Origin: Haliotis rufescens
Lineage: Eukaryota
Assembly: GCF_023055435.1 (NCBI RefSeq)
Contig: NW_025964372.1
Coordinates: forward strand, 31,930,001 to 31,994,000
Reading direction: 5' to 3'
DNA: 64,000 nt
Every line of letters begins with the position of its first letter. Position 1 is the stretch's first letter. Below, piece after piece: positions 9,369 through 21,979 of the stretch. Below the pieces are notes generated by a model, which did not search any database, was not told the origin of the DNA, and worked only from the letters and a program-made list of their open reading frames with translations. Made by a program: the position numbers and the translations under genes.

Positions 9369-12300
9369 ATGGACACATTGAAAGGTTATCGACATCCAAA
9401 GGTTATAGTCTTTCAGCTATTTTTATTCACAAAAGCCTGCATTAATCCTAATCTGCAATGGATATATGAGATATGCCGTAAATGATTTGAGCTGATTCCA
9501 AGGTGGAAACAAGCCGAACACCATTATTCTTAATCAGTTACCACATAATGTATTGTGACGGGAGGCCAATGTCTTCAGGGTCATATGTCTATTTGTGTAT
9601 AGGAATATATGACGTTTCAATTCTGTAAGTTGTCTGGGTTCAGAAGAATGGTTACATTTTGATTTGATTAGTGGCATTAATATCCATTTCTTCAAAGTTT
9701 CATTGACATTTTCTTTATGTGAACTTTTCTACAGACGCATAACAACTTAGGATAACATTCCCTATGATATGAAAGCGTTCACTGGATTTGACAGCGTCAA
9801 TTTCTTACTTATAATTATTCCATTATCTGTTGAACTAAGCAAAAGATCTAGTGTATTCAAAGGTCAAAATGCATATGCAATTTCTATGATTTCATCAAAG
9901 GTGATTATTCAGTTAAAAAATTATGTTTTTGTGTTTTCCTGTTAACTTATTTCAAAACTATAGCTTTTTGGCAATGTCAGCTGTAACAAAACAAAATATA
10001 TGTGCAATGAACCCAGTTGTGAATTCAGTGTAACTATCACCATTAATACATCTGCAGTCCCACATACTGGTCAGTCTCTGACCCAGGGTACTTATCATGT
10101 TGTGTACGGGGTCAATGTCAGACCAGTGAGGATTATCCTTTGAACCCAAAGTAGTTCTAGCCCTTACTCTGCAACCAGTGAAGATTATGGCTAGTATATA
10201 GCTCTTCAGCAACCCATGCTTGCCGTAAGAGGCGACTATGCTAGTCGTAAGAGGTGACTAACGGGATCAAGTGGTCATGCTCGCTGACATGGTTGATGCA
10301 TGTCATCGATTCTAATTGTGTTGATCGATGCACATGATGTCAATCACTGGATTGTCTTGTCCAGACTCCTCGTCATACAGCTGGAATATTGCTGAGTGTG
10401 TGTTAAACACAAAACAAACAAACTGTTCCTTTTGTTTTACAAAAACGTTGTCTCTTTGTAATTAGGCTAATTATTAATTACAACATTGATATACATATTA
10501 AAATATACAAAAAGTGGAGTTTGAGGGTCTTGAATCAAATTTGCTCAGTCTGCCAACCGACCCAGCCAAGACCATTGATAACCAGCTACTGTTGTGTTTC
10601 AGCTAGAGGAGGCTTTGCAGATATGTCCTGGAAATGAGGGCCAAGTGAATATCGCATTCCAAGTGTACATGGATCTATGTGAAGGTAACAAATTGAGACA
10701 CTAAAGGTTGGAAATGTGCCCAGTGTTTGAAATGAAAAATATTGCCAGGCTGCCATCAGGACGCACAGACTTTAAAAGCTGCAGTCATTGACTAAACTCT
10801 ACAGGCCCTCATTAAAAAACTGCAGCTTATTGTGACAAATAAATTGACACACAAATAGACTGCAGGCCATAAGTACCGTACAAATTTGAGTGAGTGAGTG
10901 AGTATGGTTTTACACCGCTTTTAGCAATATTCCAGCAATATCACGGCGGGGGACACCAGAAATGGGCTTCACACATTGTACCCATGTTGGGCAGGTGCTT
11001 GTTTCAAACACTGAATATGCCCTGAGTAAAAGGTTTTCATGAGATCTAAGCCATGTGTACAGTGCTTCAGATTGCCAGGGGTCCTAGTTATTGACTGACC
11101 CAAGAAATCAACAAATTTCTGATCAGTATGCATCCACTTCACATCTTGAGAAACCCAGTAATGTACATGTCAAACTATGACAGTCAAAACATAAAATGTG
11201 AACATGCAAGATAATCCAAAATCACGAATGATTTCTTGAAATAACAGATCATTTTATGAAACACTGATTTTAAGGAATATTGTGCTTACCGAGTTGGAGA
11301 TGGTGGGTAAGCCTAGTGGTTAAAGTGTTTGCTTGTCGAAGGCCGGGTCCAATTCCCTAGATGGGTACAATGTGTGAAGCTCATTTCTGGACCAACTTCA
11401 TGGTCTAGTAGATAGAGCGTCTGCTGGAAAGTGGAAGGTCTGGGGTTAAATTCCTGGTCACGTCATACCAAAAACCGTTAAAAGATGGTACTTGTTATTA
11501 CCCTGCCTGGACTCGTCGGCTTGGAGTCAGTATTCTGTGTCTGAGTGGGGTATTCATGTTAAAATGTGGCATGGTGTATATCAGTGGGCTAGCACTATAA
11601 ATTTGGCATTAGTATGGACTAGTACAAGCAGCCACACACACACACACACATATGCATGCATGACGCTTTATATTTGCAACAATCTTGCCATTTCTTAGAA
11701 GTTGAGATAGTAGAGATAATTTATGGATAACAACTTCTTTGTTTACAATCGCCTTTACAGTAAATAAAGAAGTTGTTATCCATAAATTATCTCTAGTTTG
11801 TCAATGGTAGATTCATTTTCTTTTCTCCCAGCAAAAACATGGCATCATGTGGAACTACACCACTGTGGAGCTCTGAACATGATGTTTGTGTCAGCTCGCA
11901 GGGGTGAAGGTCAGCCGCGTGAAGTATTCCTGCCAACAGATGTCACCATGGCGATGTCACAAGAGGACATACACACTCACTTCCAGCACCTGGTCATTGG
12001 GGACAAACAAACACACAGGTATGTTGGCTACAAAGAACATGTACAATGATCACGACATATCAAGCATTTTATAAGCCCCAGAAACTAAATTCAGAAATGA
12101 AAATAAACTTTTGACAAAGGCCCATGTTGGACATCTTCCTGAGGCAAGGGAGTTAACTGATTTAAAAAGTCAAGTTTCCACTTTAAAAGTCAGTTTACTC
12201 CCTTGCCTCGGGAAGATCATGTTGGAAGGGAAGTAAGTCTTTGAAACTTTGAAACAGTTTAGGGCTGGGACGGGTAACCCGAGTACTCAGGTCGGGTGGG

Positions 12301-13139
12301 TCCTGAGTAGGACCTAGGTACCTACAGGACTACCCGGATCCGTGGTTAGTCATGTGATATATTGATTAATGACAATAATCTTAAAATTCCATGGTTATAC
12401 TACAAGTCGCTAATGTTCACATTTCTTTCAGACTGTGCTCACATTCCTTCTGAATTTCTATGTTTGAGTAAAGACAAAGCTTCATTAACCTTAGTGTATG
12501 CACGATCAGATCGTTTTATACTATATCTAAATACTTTCTGCCAAGGCTCTGGTAAAACAATTCCCAACATTTTGTACCCAACTTGAGATACTGTTGTGTA
12601 AATGTTCAGTATTTTGAGACATAGGTTTGGACTTGTCAAGTTTACAGATTTTTTACAAGAGTACAGAGTAATTAATATTTTTTACAAAGAATCAATCATC
12701 ATGATCATGTAGTCCATGATGATCACCATTTTTTCCCATTCAAATTTACCAAATTTCACCCAGAATGCATATTTGTTCAAAACACTAAGTTGAACAATCT
12801 GTTATCTGGAAAACATGAGAATTTGTTTTCACCTTCCTCTCTCTCTACACTCCCTTTATATCCAATGGTTGGCCCTTACATGTATAATACTCTATTTCCA
12901 GCCTCACCCTTGCAGTGTGTGACTCCGACACCAGCACCGTGTACTACAAGTTGTCCGACACACTGCTTCCACCTGCCCCGCCCGATGTGACAGAGGAGAA
13001 GAAGAGGAAGAGACAACAGTACTTCCAGCACAGGAGGCAGCACTTGTCTGCACAGGCTGAACTCTTCAGGATGGAGAGGGAAGAAAAATCAAGGGTGCCT
13101 GCCTCGGAGGGCACATGTGACGTACATGAATCATCATGA
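9369..13139 (+). CDS. TSEN15: tRNA-splicing endonuclease subunit Sen15; exons 9369-9401, 10603-10684, 11832-12018, 12902-13139
   Basis: Phase-consistent GT-AG exons give MDTLKGYRHPK|LEEALQICPGNEGQVNIAFQVYMDLCE|AKTWHHVELH...EVFLPTDV...|SLTLAVCDSDTSTVYYKLSDTLLPPAPP...*. These match Sen15 motifs (AF.VY.DL.E.K.W..V and TLA...SD.T.VYYKL). Confidence 0.9.
11711..11795. repeat. Near-perfect inverted repeat (MITE-like) in TSEN15 intron 2
   Basis: TAGAGATAATTTATGGATAACAACTTCTTT...AAAGAAGTTGTTATCCATAAATTATCTCTA. Confidence 0.85.
12132..12217. mobile_element. Collapsed (TIR-only) copy of the CATCTTCC MITE family
   Basis: Ends match 31301-31776; 9-bp TSD CATGTTGGA. Confidence 0.75.
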
Positions 13140-13187
13140 CAAAATAAAGATTCTACATACATGTTTGTTTTCTTACCAAGACAACAA

Positions 13188-13350
13188 GGGGCGGTCGGGT
13201 AGCCTAATGGTTAAAGCGTTCGCTCATCACGCTGAATATTCGGGTTCGATTCCTGACATGGGTACAATTTGTGAAGCCCATTTCAGGTCTCCCCCGCCAT
13301 GATATCGCTGGAATATTGCTAAAAGCGGCGTAAAACCATACTCACTCACT
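13188..13350 (+). mobile_element. SINE family A, full length
   Basis: GGGGCGGTCGGGTAGCCTAATGG (A box)...GGTTCGATTCC (B box)...GCGGCGTAAAACCATACTCACTCACT. Confidence 0.85.
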
Positions 13351-14339
13351 ACTAAGAAAACAAAATCGAATATGATGGCAGACAACAAAATCGAATATGA
13401 TGGCCTTAATTATTGCAACATCATTATTATTAATTCATATCAAGGAAAATGATTTTCACAATATTTCAGTCTCCAGATAAAACACCTGTTAGCCGCCTCT
13501 TACCACAAGCATAGTCCCATAGTCGCCTTTTACGGCAAGCATGGGTTGCTGAAGGCCTTTTCTACCCTCTTCATGGTCGCAAATATATATGTTCTTGCAT
13601 ATGACATTGAAGGCCGGGTGTGAATTAGGCATAACACACTTGTGTATATGATCATATGAGTACTTATGAACAGAATGTGACCACACTTAATATGCATGAT
13701 CTCCAGGTTAGGGTCTCAATTGCATCAACATTTGGTTGGTCCATGAGATCAAGGTCAATAGAGGTCACATAATGAATCATGGCTCACATTTCCGGAAGTT
13801 TTGGGTAAATTCATGAGAAATCATTTAAAATATCCTTCACTTCCTAAGTTTGCAACAAAGAATGTTTTCACAAATGATTGGCAAAGATGGAAGGTCAAGG
13901 TCACATAGTGTGAAGTACAGGTTGTAACAAGGTCATGTCAAATGTTAAGCTCTGTCATTAGCTGTGGTTGAGAAAATCAATAGATGTGACTGAGTTCAAA
14001 TTGGAGGAAACTAAAACAGTTACCTCTCTTTGATTGTACCGGGTGAGCAACAGTGCCTTTGGGGGATTTTGGAAACATTTTCTCGATCTGTACTTGAAAT
14101 TATCTTTTTTCATAACTTCATATGCAACTCTTTGTTCCCAATTATTGAATGACGGCATTAGTAGATTTCCTAAATATGTGCCAGGCAAAACAGGCGGAGG
14201 TTATCTGATGATATAATAAATAACGATTATTATTAAGCTGACACGCCGTAATGTAACTGAATTACTGTTAAAAGCGGCGTTAAACCCAACTCACTCACAC
14301 ATACACACGTGCATGGATGTCGCTATGTAAGTCCGATAA

Positions 14340-14376
<37 letters not shown>

Positions 14377-15179
14377 AGTTTGCCTGACGGGCGTCAGTTC
14401 AGCGCCTGAGATAGTCTTGCTTGATGCATGTCATGCGTGGATCGATGGCCAAGATGTCGATCACTTGATTGTCTGGTCCAGACTCGATCATTTACACAGA
14501 CCGCCGTCATAATGCTGGATTATTGCTGAGTGCGGCGTTAAACAACAAACATATTTACTTTTTGCTTGTTTGTTTGTTGTTTAAGGCCGCACTCAGCAAT
14601 ATTCCAGCTATATGACGGCGGTCTGTAAATAATCGAGTCAAGACCAGACAATAAAGTGACTGACAACATGAACATCGAACCACGCAATGACACGCATGAA
14701 CCAAGTCAGCGAGCCTGAGCACCCGATCAAACGGTCGAGTGTCTGGGCCTGGTTGCCCAAAGGGACTAAGGTATGTCACATTCTTTAACACAGACGTACG
14801 GTTACTCTTTCTAGCTCGACTAATTTCTAGTCTCTGAAATGAAAATATTTTACAGAAAAAAACAGTTGTTAAATTATGTCAAAAACATAATAAAAAAGAA
14901 CCCAGAAACTCTCTTCGTTTTCAGAAAGTGCAGTAATCTAGACAACTATTATAGACTTGCATGGGCTGTATTGGTGTATTTGTTTCTCCCAGGCCCTAGA
15001 GGATACATTAAATAAAGGAGTCTTAACTCAAGTCTTAACTAATTTGGCAAGTTTGGATTGCCCCACCTCTGAAATTTAGCATTGTTCTTGGCCCCATTTG
15101 GATTCATTTTTTTTTATTTCGTAGGTAAATATTTTTTTACGAATATTTCTTGGACTAAATGTTAGTCTAAGGTAAATGT

Positions 15180-15548
15180 AAATCAAGCAGAAATAAATAC
15201 GCCACAAAACAGGTTCGCTACTTTGGGCATATCTTCAGCAAAGATGGCATCCACGTTGATCCTTCAAAAATAGATAGTCACACAGATCCCACCCCATAAA
15301 GTGTCCATGACATGCGCCATTTCTTAGGTTTGGCCTCGTATTACTGTAGATTTGTAGCTAAAGTTTCTGGCATCGCCACCCCTTCTGAAATACAACCTTC
15401 TGAAAAAGACGTGTCTTTCAACAGGCATCCGAAAGCTAAAGCAAGCCCATACAACAGTCCCCATCCTTGCATATCCCGACCAAAACAAACCCTTCATCCT
15501 CACAACTGATGCATCTCAAACTGCAATAGGGTACACATTAGGCCATAA
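15180..15548 (+). mobile_element. Degenerate Gypsy/Ty3 pol fragment (RT thumb to RNase H)
   Basis: QVRYFGHIFSKDGIHVDPSKI...MRHFLGLASYYCRFV...PILAYPDQNKPFILTTDASQTAIGYTLG, with a stop and frameshifts. Confidence 0.85.
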
Positions 15549-16064
15549 CTTGATGTTGACTTGAACGTAATGATGTTGTTAATTCATGTCTTTTGACAAT
15601 ACAAGTATGTTCCTTGACATGGGTCATGTTCTGTTTTTTGGGAACAACAATGTTGGTTGTCAGTTTCGGTTATTGTAATAAACTATTTTTATTTTTAATC
15701 TATGTTTATTTTTTTTTACCAAGTCAGGGTAAATGATGCACTATGGTCATCTCACATCACTGTCGACTGTTTCAATCATATCAGAGCCGGACAAGTGGAG
15801 TCCATAAACCTTCTCCGAGGATACAACACAGTGACTTGCATGAGGTGACCTCTTGAAATGAAAGATTTGAAATGATTATTAATTACAGACGTATTGCCTC
15901 TCATGTGGCTTTGTTCACGAAATACTCTGTATCGAAGAGGGTTGCCATATCGCTTTCAAGACTTTTTATTGAGGCTGAGTTTGTTTGTTTTTCAAGCAGA
16001 TGGGGGCTGAGTTAATTATTTACACAAAAATATGAGCTGTGTTGTTTTTTTCAAAATGGCCCGC

Positions 16065-16320
16065 CCTTAAGGGAGAACACATCACTCCCATATTGACTGA
16101 ACTGCACTGGTTACCATTCCAACAAAGAGTCTATTCACTCTTCATTTTTGGCAGCCTGCATATCTACAGCATGTTCTCTCCGATCAAAAGATCAACATCT
16201 GCACGTGGTACCACATGGCGATAGGTCATTTCAACATGCTGGCCCATGACTACTGGACAATCTACCACAAGAAACTTTAAAAATACTCTGAAGACCTATC
16301 TCTTCAAGGGGGCCTTTGAC
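16065..16320 (+). mobile_element. Degenerate L2/CR1-group LINE ORF2 C-terminal fragment
   Basis: EHITPILTELHWLPFQQRV...GDRSFQHAGP...LKTYLFKGAF, typical of the L2-clade ORF2 end. Confidence 0.75.
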
Positions 16321-17039
16321 TAGATCAATCATGTCCTCAGCTCATTTGAACAGTTATGTGACGGCGGTCTGTACATAATCGAATTTGTACAGGACAATCC
16401 AGTGATTGACATCAAGAGCATCGATCCACGCAATTGGGATACGATGACATGCATCAACCAAGTCAGCAAGCCTGACCATCCCATCCCGTAAGTCGCCTCT
16501 TACGACAAACATAGGTATGATCGCCTCTAACGGCAAGCATGGGTTGTTGAAGACCTATTTTAACACGGTCCTTTACGGATTTCACGTTCAGTAAATGCTA
16601 TATTTAATTTTATACATGCATAGCTATGTACATGCATATATTTCCTGTTTCTAAAATTGGACAAGGACTGGTGATATCGAGGATTAGATACGGAAGAAAT
16701 TTGTAATATCCATATGACGTACGTTTAATCACGGGACCATGTAACTAATAATAATAATAATAATAATTAACAAAAAATTCGCAAAATATCAAGTTATTTT
16801 GTTATCATTAGTTACATGGTCCTTTGTTTTATTGTTGTCTGAATTAATTTGTCATAAATATCTCGCCATTGCAGTGTGTCTTTGTGTGGGTTGAAGCAAA
16901 CACCTAGTTTAATCACTGATTGACTTGAAATGAGCAGCATCACTGACAGTTTGTCAAGAACACTCCTTAGTTTTTCAACCCACTTTGGAAATGACCATAA
17001 GGGCCTATTCAGTCGTATACGATTTCGTTTCATTTTCGT

Positions 17040-17181
17040 GCAAACTTTCGAGAAAACTTTACCCGGAAGTCGTCCCACGATCTATATTTAGAAACGTATT
17101 GAGCAAGGACTTTTTCCAAACACGAATGAACATTTCACATCTGTTACTTGATTGATTATCGTCGATTTACAATAGGTAAGA
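17040..17181 (+). promoter_or_regulatory. Putative promoter and non-coding first exon of MVB12
   Basis: Locally CpG-rich. ETS-type CCGGAAGT at 17063-17070, CTATATTTAG at 17082-17091, strong donor AG|GTAAGA at 17175/6. The first MVB12 coding exon starts with an acceptor at 21960, so an upstream exon is required. Confidence 0.5.
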
Positions 17182-17961
17182 TCATGAAATGTGTATACAC
17201 ATCTTAATGGCCATATAAGTCACACTGTAAACTAGTGGCGTTAAAACGGACGAATGGAATAAAGATGAAATGTTTGTGTGTGAAGATCCGCTCTCAGTCA
17301 AACAGAAAACAGACGAAAGGTTTGAAACAGTATTTGTAAAGTGATGGTATGACACTGAGTCACCACGGCAGTCTCGTGAGGTTGTCTGTCACAAGGACTA
17401 TGGTGATGTTAGGGAGACACTCGAGAAAATGTCATGGATATTTTCTCAAGACAAGGAATCGAATCTTTTCATTGGCTTAATCTTGTGCAAGATTTAGATT
17501 TATCATTGTTGTCTGTGTTGTCAGGGCCCCAGTCAAAAATTGAAAGTGTTGCTATGTTACCTGATACCTGTTCATTAAACATGATCTGCAAAAATCGTTA
17601 ACAAATATGGATTTACTCAGAAATATATGATTTGATATTTGATATTAACAGTTGATAATAGAAGCCATAGAATGAGATGGCTAACCAGGGACAATAAGTT
17701 GGGGCCATAAGTTGACAGTTCTGTGTGTTTTTAAATCATGCATGAAATTATTTCCGAGTGTGACAACACTCCGTTAGTTCATGCCCGATTCAATTCTCAA
17801 ACCAAAACAATCGAGCTCTGCACAGTGAAGCCGCAAACTGGCTTCAGTCATGTTTTATCATGTTTATGTTACGTGCAAATTAAAAAGAAAGAAGTATTAA
17901 TTGAAACTTCTTCAAATCGGAAGTTTTTGACTGGAGGCCTGGCAAAAAGTATTTATATATA

Positions 17962-18136
17962 CAGTAAACTACGGTTATAACGAACACGCTTATAACGAAC
18001 TGACGGATATAACGAACTAACTTTTTAGTCCCGACTATTTGCTGTAGTTATGCTGCATATATGCTTATAACGAACTACGGTTATAACGAACTAAAAATAG
18101 TAGTCCCTTTGAGTTCGTTATATCCGTAGTTTACTG
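17962..18136. mobile_element. Tc1/mariner-pogo-type MITE (TIR CAGTAAACTACGG)
   Basis: TA TSD and inverted ends; further copies at about 23734-23906 and 32242-32418. Confidence 0.8.
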
Positions 18137-20632
18137 TAGTTTAAAACAATGTGATCATGCTGATCGTCAACTGAAGTTGACTGAAGCTTTGTCTTTACTC
18201 AAACATATAAAAATCAGAAGGAATGGGTGCATAGTCAGAAAGAAATGTATTAATTGAAAGCTTAATTAGATTAGAAGCAAATGTTTATCAGAGCCATGAC
18301 TGTGATATAAATATGCCTTGGTCGTATGGGGCCAATCAACTCTCCTACGTAAAGTTCTCTGTTGCCAGTCTAGTACCTCTTACACTTACAATGTCCATTC
18401 ATGTTTTTTCATCAGTTTCATTTTGGACATGTCTACACATTTAGATAAACATATGTCATGATATGTTTGACTTTCATTGAGAAAATATCTAAAACTAGAA
18501 AAACTATGTACATTTGCGCATTTTGCCTCTAGCTGTCATCGAAAACCTACGGAGAGCTAGCGAAACAGTCATATTGATATGTAATGCTATATTGTCATGC
18601 ACCTCACTGTCACAGTTGTAGTAGTAGTCACACCGAAGACCCGGGTTCGATTCCCGACATGGGTACAATGTGTGAAGCCCATTTCTGGTGTCCCCTGCCA
18701 TGATATTGCGGGAATATTGCCGAGAGAGGCATGCCAAGAATGGGGCATGTTTGATCAGAACAGGGTGCTGAACCCTAATGATCATGGAGGCATGTTTGAA
18801 CAGAATAGGGTTCCTAACCCTAAGGATCTTAAAAACATGCCTGTTGATGAATATTGAATATTGTTACAACAGTTATCACTGTGCAAATTAAGTCAAGGGT
18901 CCTAGCCAAAGAGGATGATCACTGTAGCAACAAGAAATAGCCAATAGAGTGCCTTCAGCATTTGTTCAGATATAGAATATGTCAACAGGAGTCGATCAAA
19001 GATTAAAACACCAAGGCTTGCTGAGAGCAGTAGGTATCATCAGTGGTGATATCTGGTGCTGAACTTGTGTCTTTCACGCTAAGCTATTGTTGAGAAGATT
19101 TATACTAACTGGTGTATCATGTATATAGGACTAGTTAGACTAACATTTAGTCTCTGAAATCATATATTACACAATATCCTTCTTGACTCTAAAAATAAAA
19201 AAATACCCTATGCTGATTTCAGAATAGAGCTAGCTTGAGCTGGCTAGACTTGCTTTTGTATGCATTTCTAGATTATTATTTTTTCATAAAATAAATATAT
19301 TCCACGGTCATGGTGCAGGACTAAGGACTAGTGGAACCTGCTTGTTATTGTTTTCTGCAGACACAGTCCGCATCCAGAATGTTGATCTTCATAATATTAT
19401 TATGGAATGTTCGGATGAACAAAACCGTCCAAATGGCATGCTGGTTTTCTTGGGGGAATTAGTCAGCAAAGAGCCGGAGTCATAGGAGATTAATTACAAT
19501 TTTATTTACAAGAACAATTAATAATGAGCAATTGACAATATCTTAGAAATATAGCTGGGGGTGCCACAGAGAGTTGGTACAACCCTCTAGGCTGTGGGAG
19601 AGAGATCTGCTTGGTTAGAGTGTCAAACCCCTTCTGCCTAACATTTTGCTTCAGTATGTATTTAACAAAAATTAGAACAATAAAAAGGAATATGATTGGT
19701 TGATACACGATGGGTTGTGCCCTATGCTAAATGAATGGCTAGACAGAGGTGAATACTTAATCCTGTTAATCCTGTTGGCACTAATCTTGTTGACATATTT
19801 ACTGGGTGCTTGGAAAGAGATTATGGTATCACAATAGACGAGCTTGTATTGGGGCTAATCCTTAATGAGTCTAAATTGAAGTAATTGCTGAATGTTATTC
19901 TAATACAGGTGACAGATTTACTTAAATAAAATAGTTCAAGGCAATAATACCTTAGGCATTTATCTAAAAGCTTCAAATCTATTAAACTATGTAGACATAA
20001 CTCTTGTCTTATTGAATAGTATGTCTAGGAGATGCGCTCCCATTACCTTAGGCTAACATCTATCTAACAAGCTATAACTGAATACTGATATTTTATATAT
20101 GCATTTTACCTGATGATAAGTATTACTTGCTAAACTATAATTATATGAAATGATGTATAAAGTATTACTTGCTAAACTATAATTATATGAAATGATGTAT
20201 AAATATTACACCATGATAACTCATAAAAGCACTGGATGTGGATCTAATTATTATAGGAAAACTTAGTATAAATGTTATGTCATGATAATATTATACCATG
20301 TATACAGGGAATAAGACATATGGCTTTCATCATTAGTGTTTGTAAAGCAGGTATTGTAGTTGTAACATGGCAATATAGGCAGGCCATGACAGCCCAAATT
20401 ATGAAGTGATGTTTTCTTCTGTTTCGAATTGAGAACCTGTTGATAAGAAACATTTCTAATCATTTCATCATATTGATAAATAATATTTGGGTTGACACAC
20501 GTTTCCATTAGTTTTGCATTATGAAACAGATTTGAATAGTGTTAACATGGTTAAGCGCTGTGGATAAATCCACAAAAAGAACTGTAAATACATTTGAGAA
20601 GAGTGAACGGAGGTTACATACAGTACAGACTA

Positions 20633-20795
20633 GGGGCTGTTGGGTAGCCTGGTTAACACGTTCGCTCGTCACTCCAAAGACCCGGGTTCGATTCCCGACA
20701 TGGGTACAATGTTTGAAGCCCATTTCTGGTGTCCCCCGCCGTGATATTGCTGGAATATTGCTTAAAGCGGTGTAAAACCATACTCACTCACTCAC
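20633..20795 (+). mobile_element. SINE family A, full length
   Basis: TSD TACAGTACAGACTA on both sides. Confidence 0.88.
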
Positions 20796-20951
20796 TACAG
20801 TACAGACTAACATTTTGTTTCAGAAATAAAGTTACCTCATTTAAAAATACGTATATATCTACTAAATAAACAGGAAAATCCAAATGGATACCAGAACAAT
20901 GCTTGGAGCTGAAGCAATCTAGACTTGCCAAATCATTCTAGACTTGAGTTG

Positions 20952-21382
20952 TAGAGGTGTAATGATATGGTCTGGTCATGATACAATACATGTCCTGATA
21001 CTATGACTGTGATGCGATTCACATCACGATACAGGACTTTGATTTCAAGTTGATATTCTTTCTTTTCACAGGTGAATTACAACCCAGAAACATTTGTTAT
21101 TGAATTTCAGAAATCAAAAATGGGATATTGTAAGGCAGAAATTTATTGGTAGAGGGCACTTTGAATGTTATGCTATTTATGTCCAGCCATGAAATACTAG
21201 AGACTCTGGGTAAGCTGGTGGTTAAACAGTTCCGTTATTATTCACAAGTTTTTACCACGTTTACACCAATAATACTTGTAATGTATCATATGTATCGTGA
21301 TACATGGGTTGTAAGTCGATGTATTGTATCGTGGGCCTGGTATCACGATACAATAGTGTATCACCATATCATTACACCTCTA
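20952..21382. mobile_element. hAT-type MITE (TIR TAGAGGTGTAATGATATGGT)
   Basis: Inverted termini, subterminal GATAC/GTATC repeats, 8-bp TSD TTGAGTTG/TTGTGTTG. Confidence 0.75.
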
Positions 21383-21389
21383 TTGTGTT

Positions 21390-21745
21390 GGGCCCGCCTC
21401 CGTGGTCTAGTGGTAGAACGTCCGCCCAGAGAGTGGAAGGTTCGGGGTTCGATCCCCGGCCGCGTCATACAAAAAGACGTTTAAAGATGGTACTTCTTGT
21501 TACCCTGTCTGGCGCGGGCATAAAGGGGCTAAAACAATGACTGGTTGGCTCGGAGTCAGTATACTGTGTCTGAGTGGGGTATTCATGTTAAACTGCGGCA
21601 TGGTATCTCAACGGGCTAGCACTATAAATCGGCATCAGTCCGGACTAGTACAAGCAGTCACACAAACACACACACGTACATGCACGTCGCTATATAAGTG
21701 CAATAATCTTGGACGTTAAACTCCATCTCACCTCACCTTACCTCA
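21390..21745 (+). mobile_element. SINE family D (tRNA head, V-domain-like core, CACCT tail), full length
   Basis: A/B boxes; core CGTCATAC(C)AAAAGACGTT..AAGATGGTACTT..TTACCCTG.CTGGCGC resembles the V-SINE domain. Copies at about 6070-6315, 11390-11695, 45163-45448 and 56546-56895. Confidence 0.82.
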
Positions 21746-21979
21746 CTATTGAGTTGGATTTCTTTTTTAATTATTCTCTGTGTCTAGGAGAGGGACTAGT
21801 TACAGTAGGCAGAAGCTGTGGGTGATCACTGATGAGAAATGGTCATTGATATTTTGAGATGTGTGTACACCTCTATGAACTGTCAGGCCTTCCATGTCTG
21901 CTACACTGTGAACAAGATGACTTAATGTTGATCATGTTGATGTTTATTCCTGTTTTCAGGTCAGAGTGAGCCTGCTTCA

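Noticed and set aside
9369-13139. Functional link between TSEN15 and neighbouring tRNA-derived SINEs, or a ubiquitin/ESCRT gene cluster (RING, MVB12, TRIM45)
   Set aside because: SINEs are spread evenly across the window, and animal gene neighbourhoods are usually not functional clusters; nothing in the sequence supports co-regulation.
13188-13262. tRNA-gene-like sequences (A/B boxes) here and in other SINE heads
   Set aside because: They continue into SINE bodies and tails with TSDs and lack proper cloverleafs; no true tRNA gene was found.
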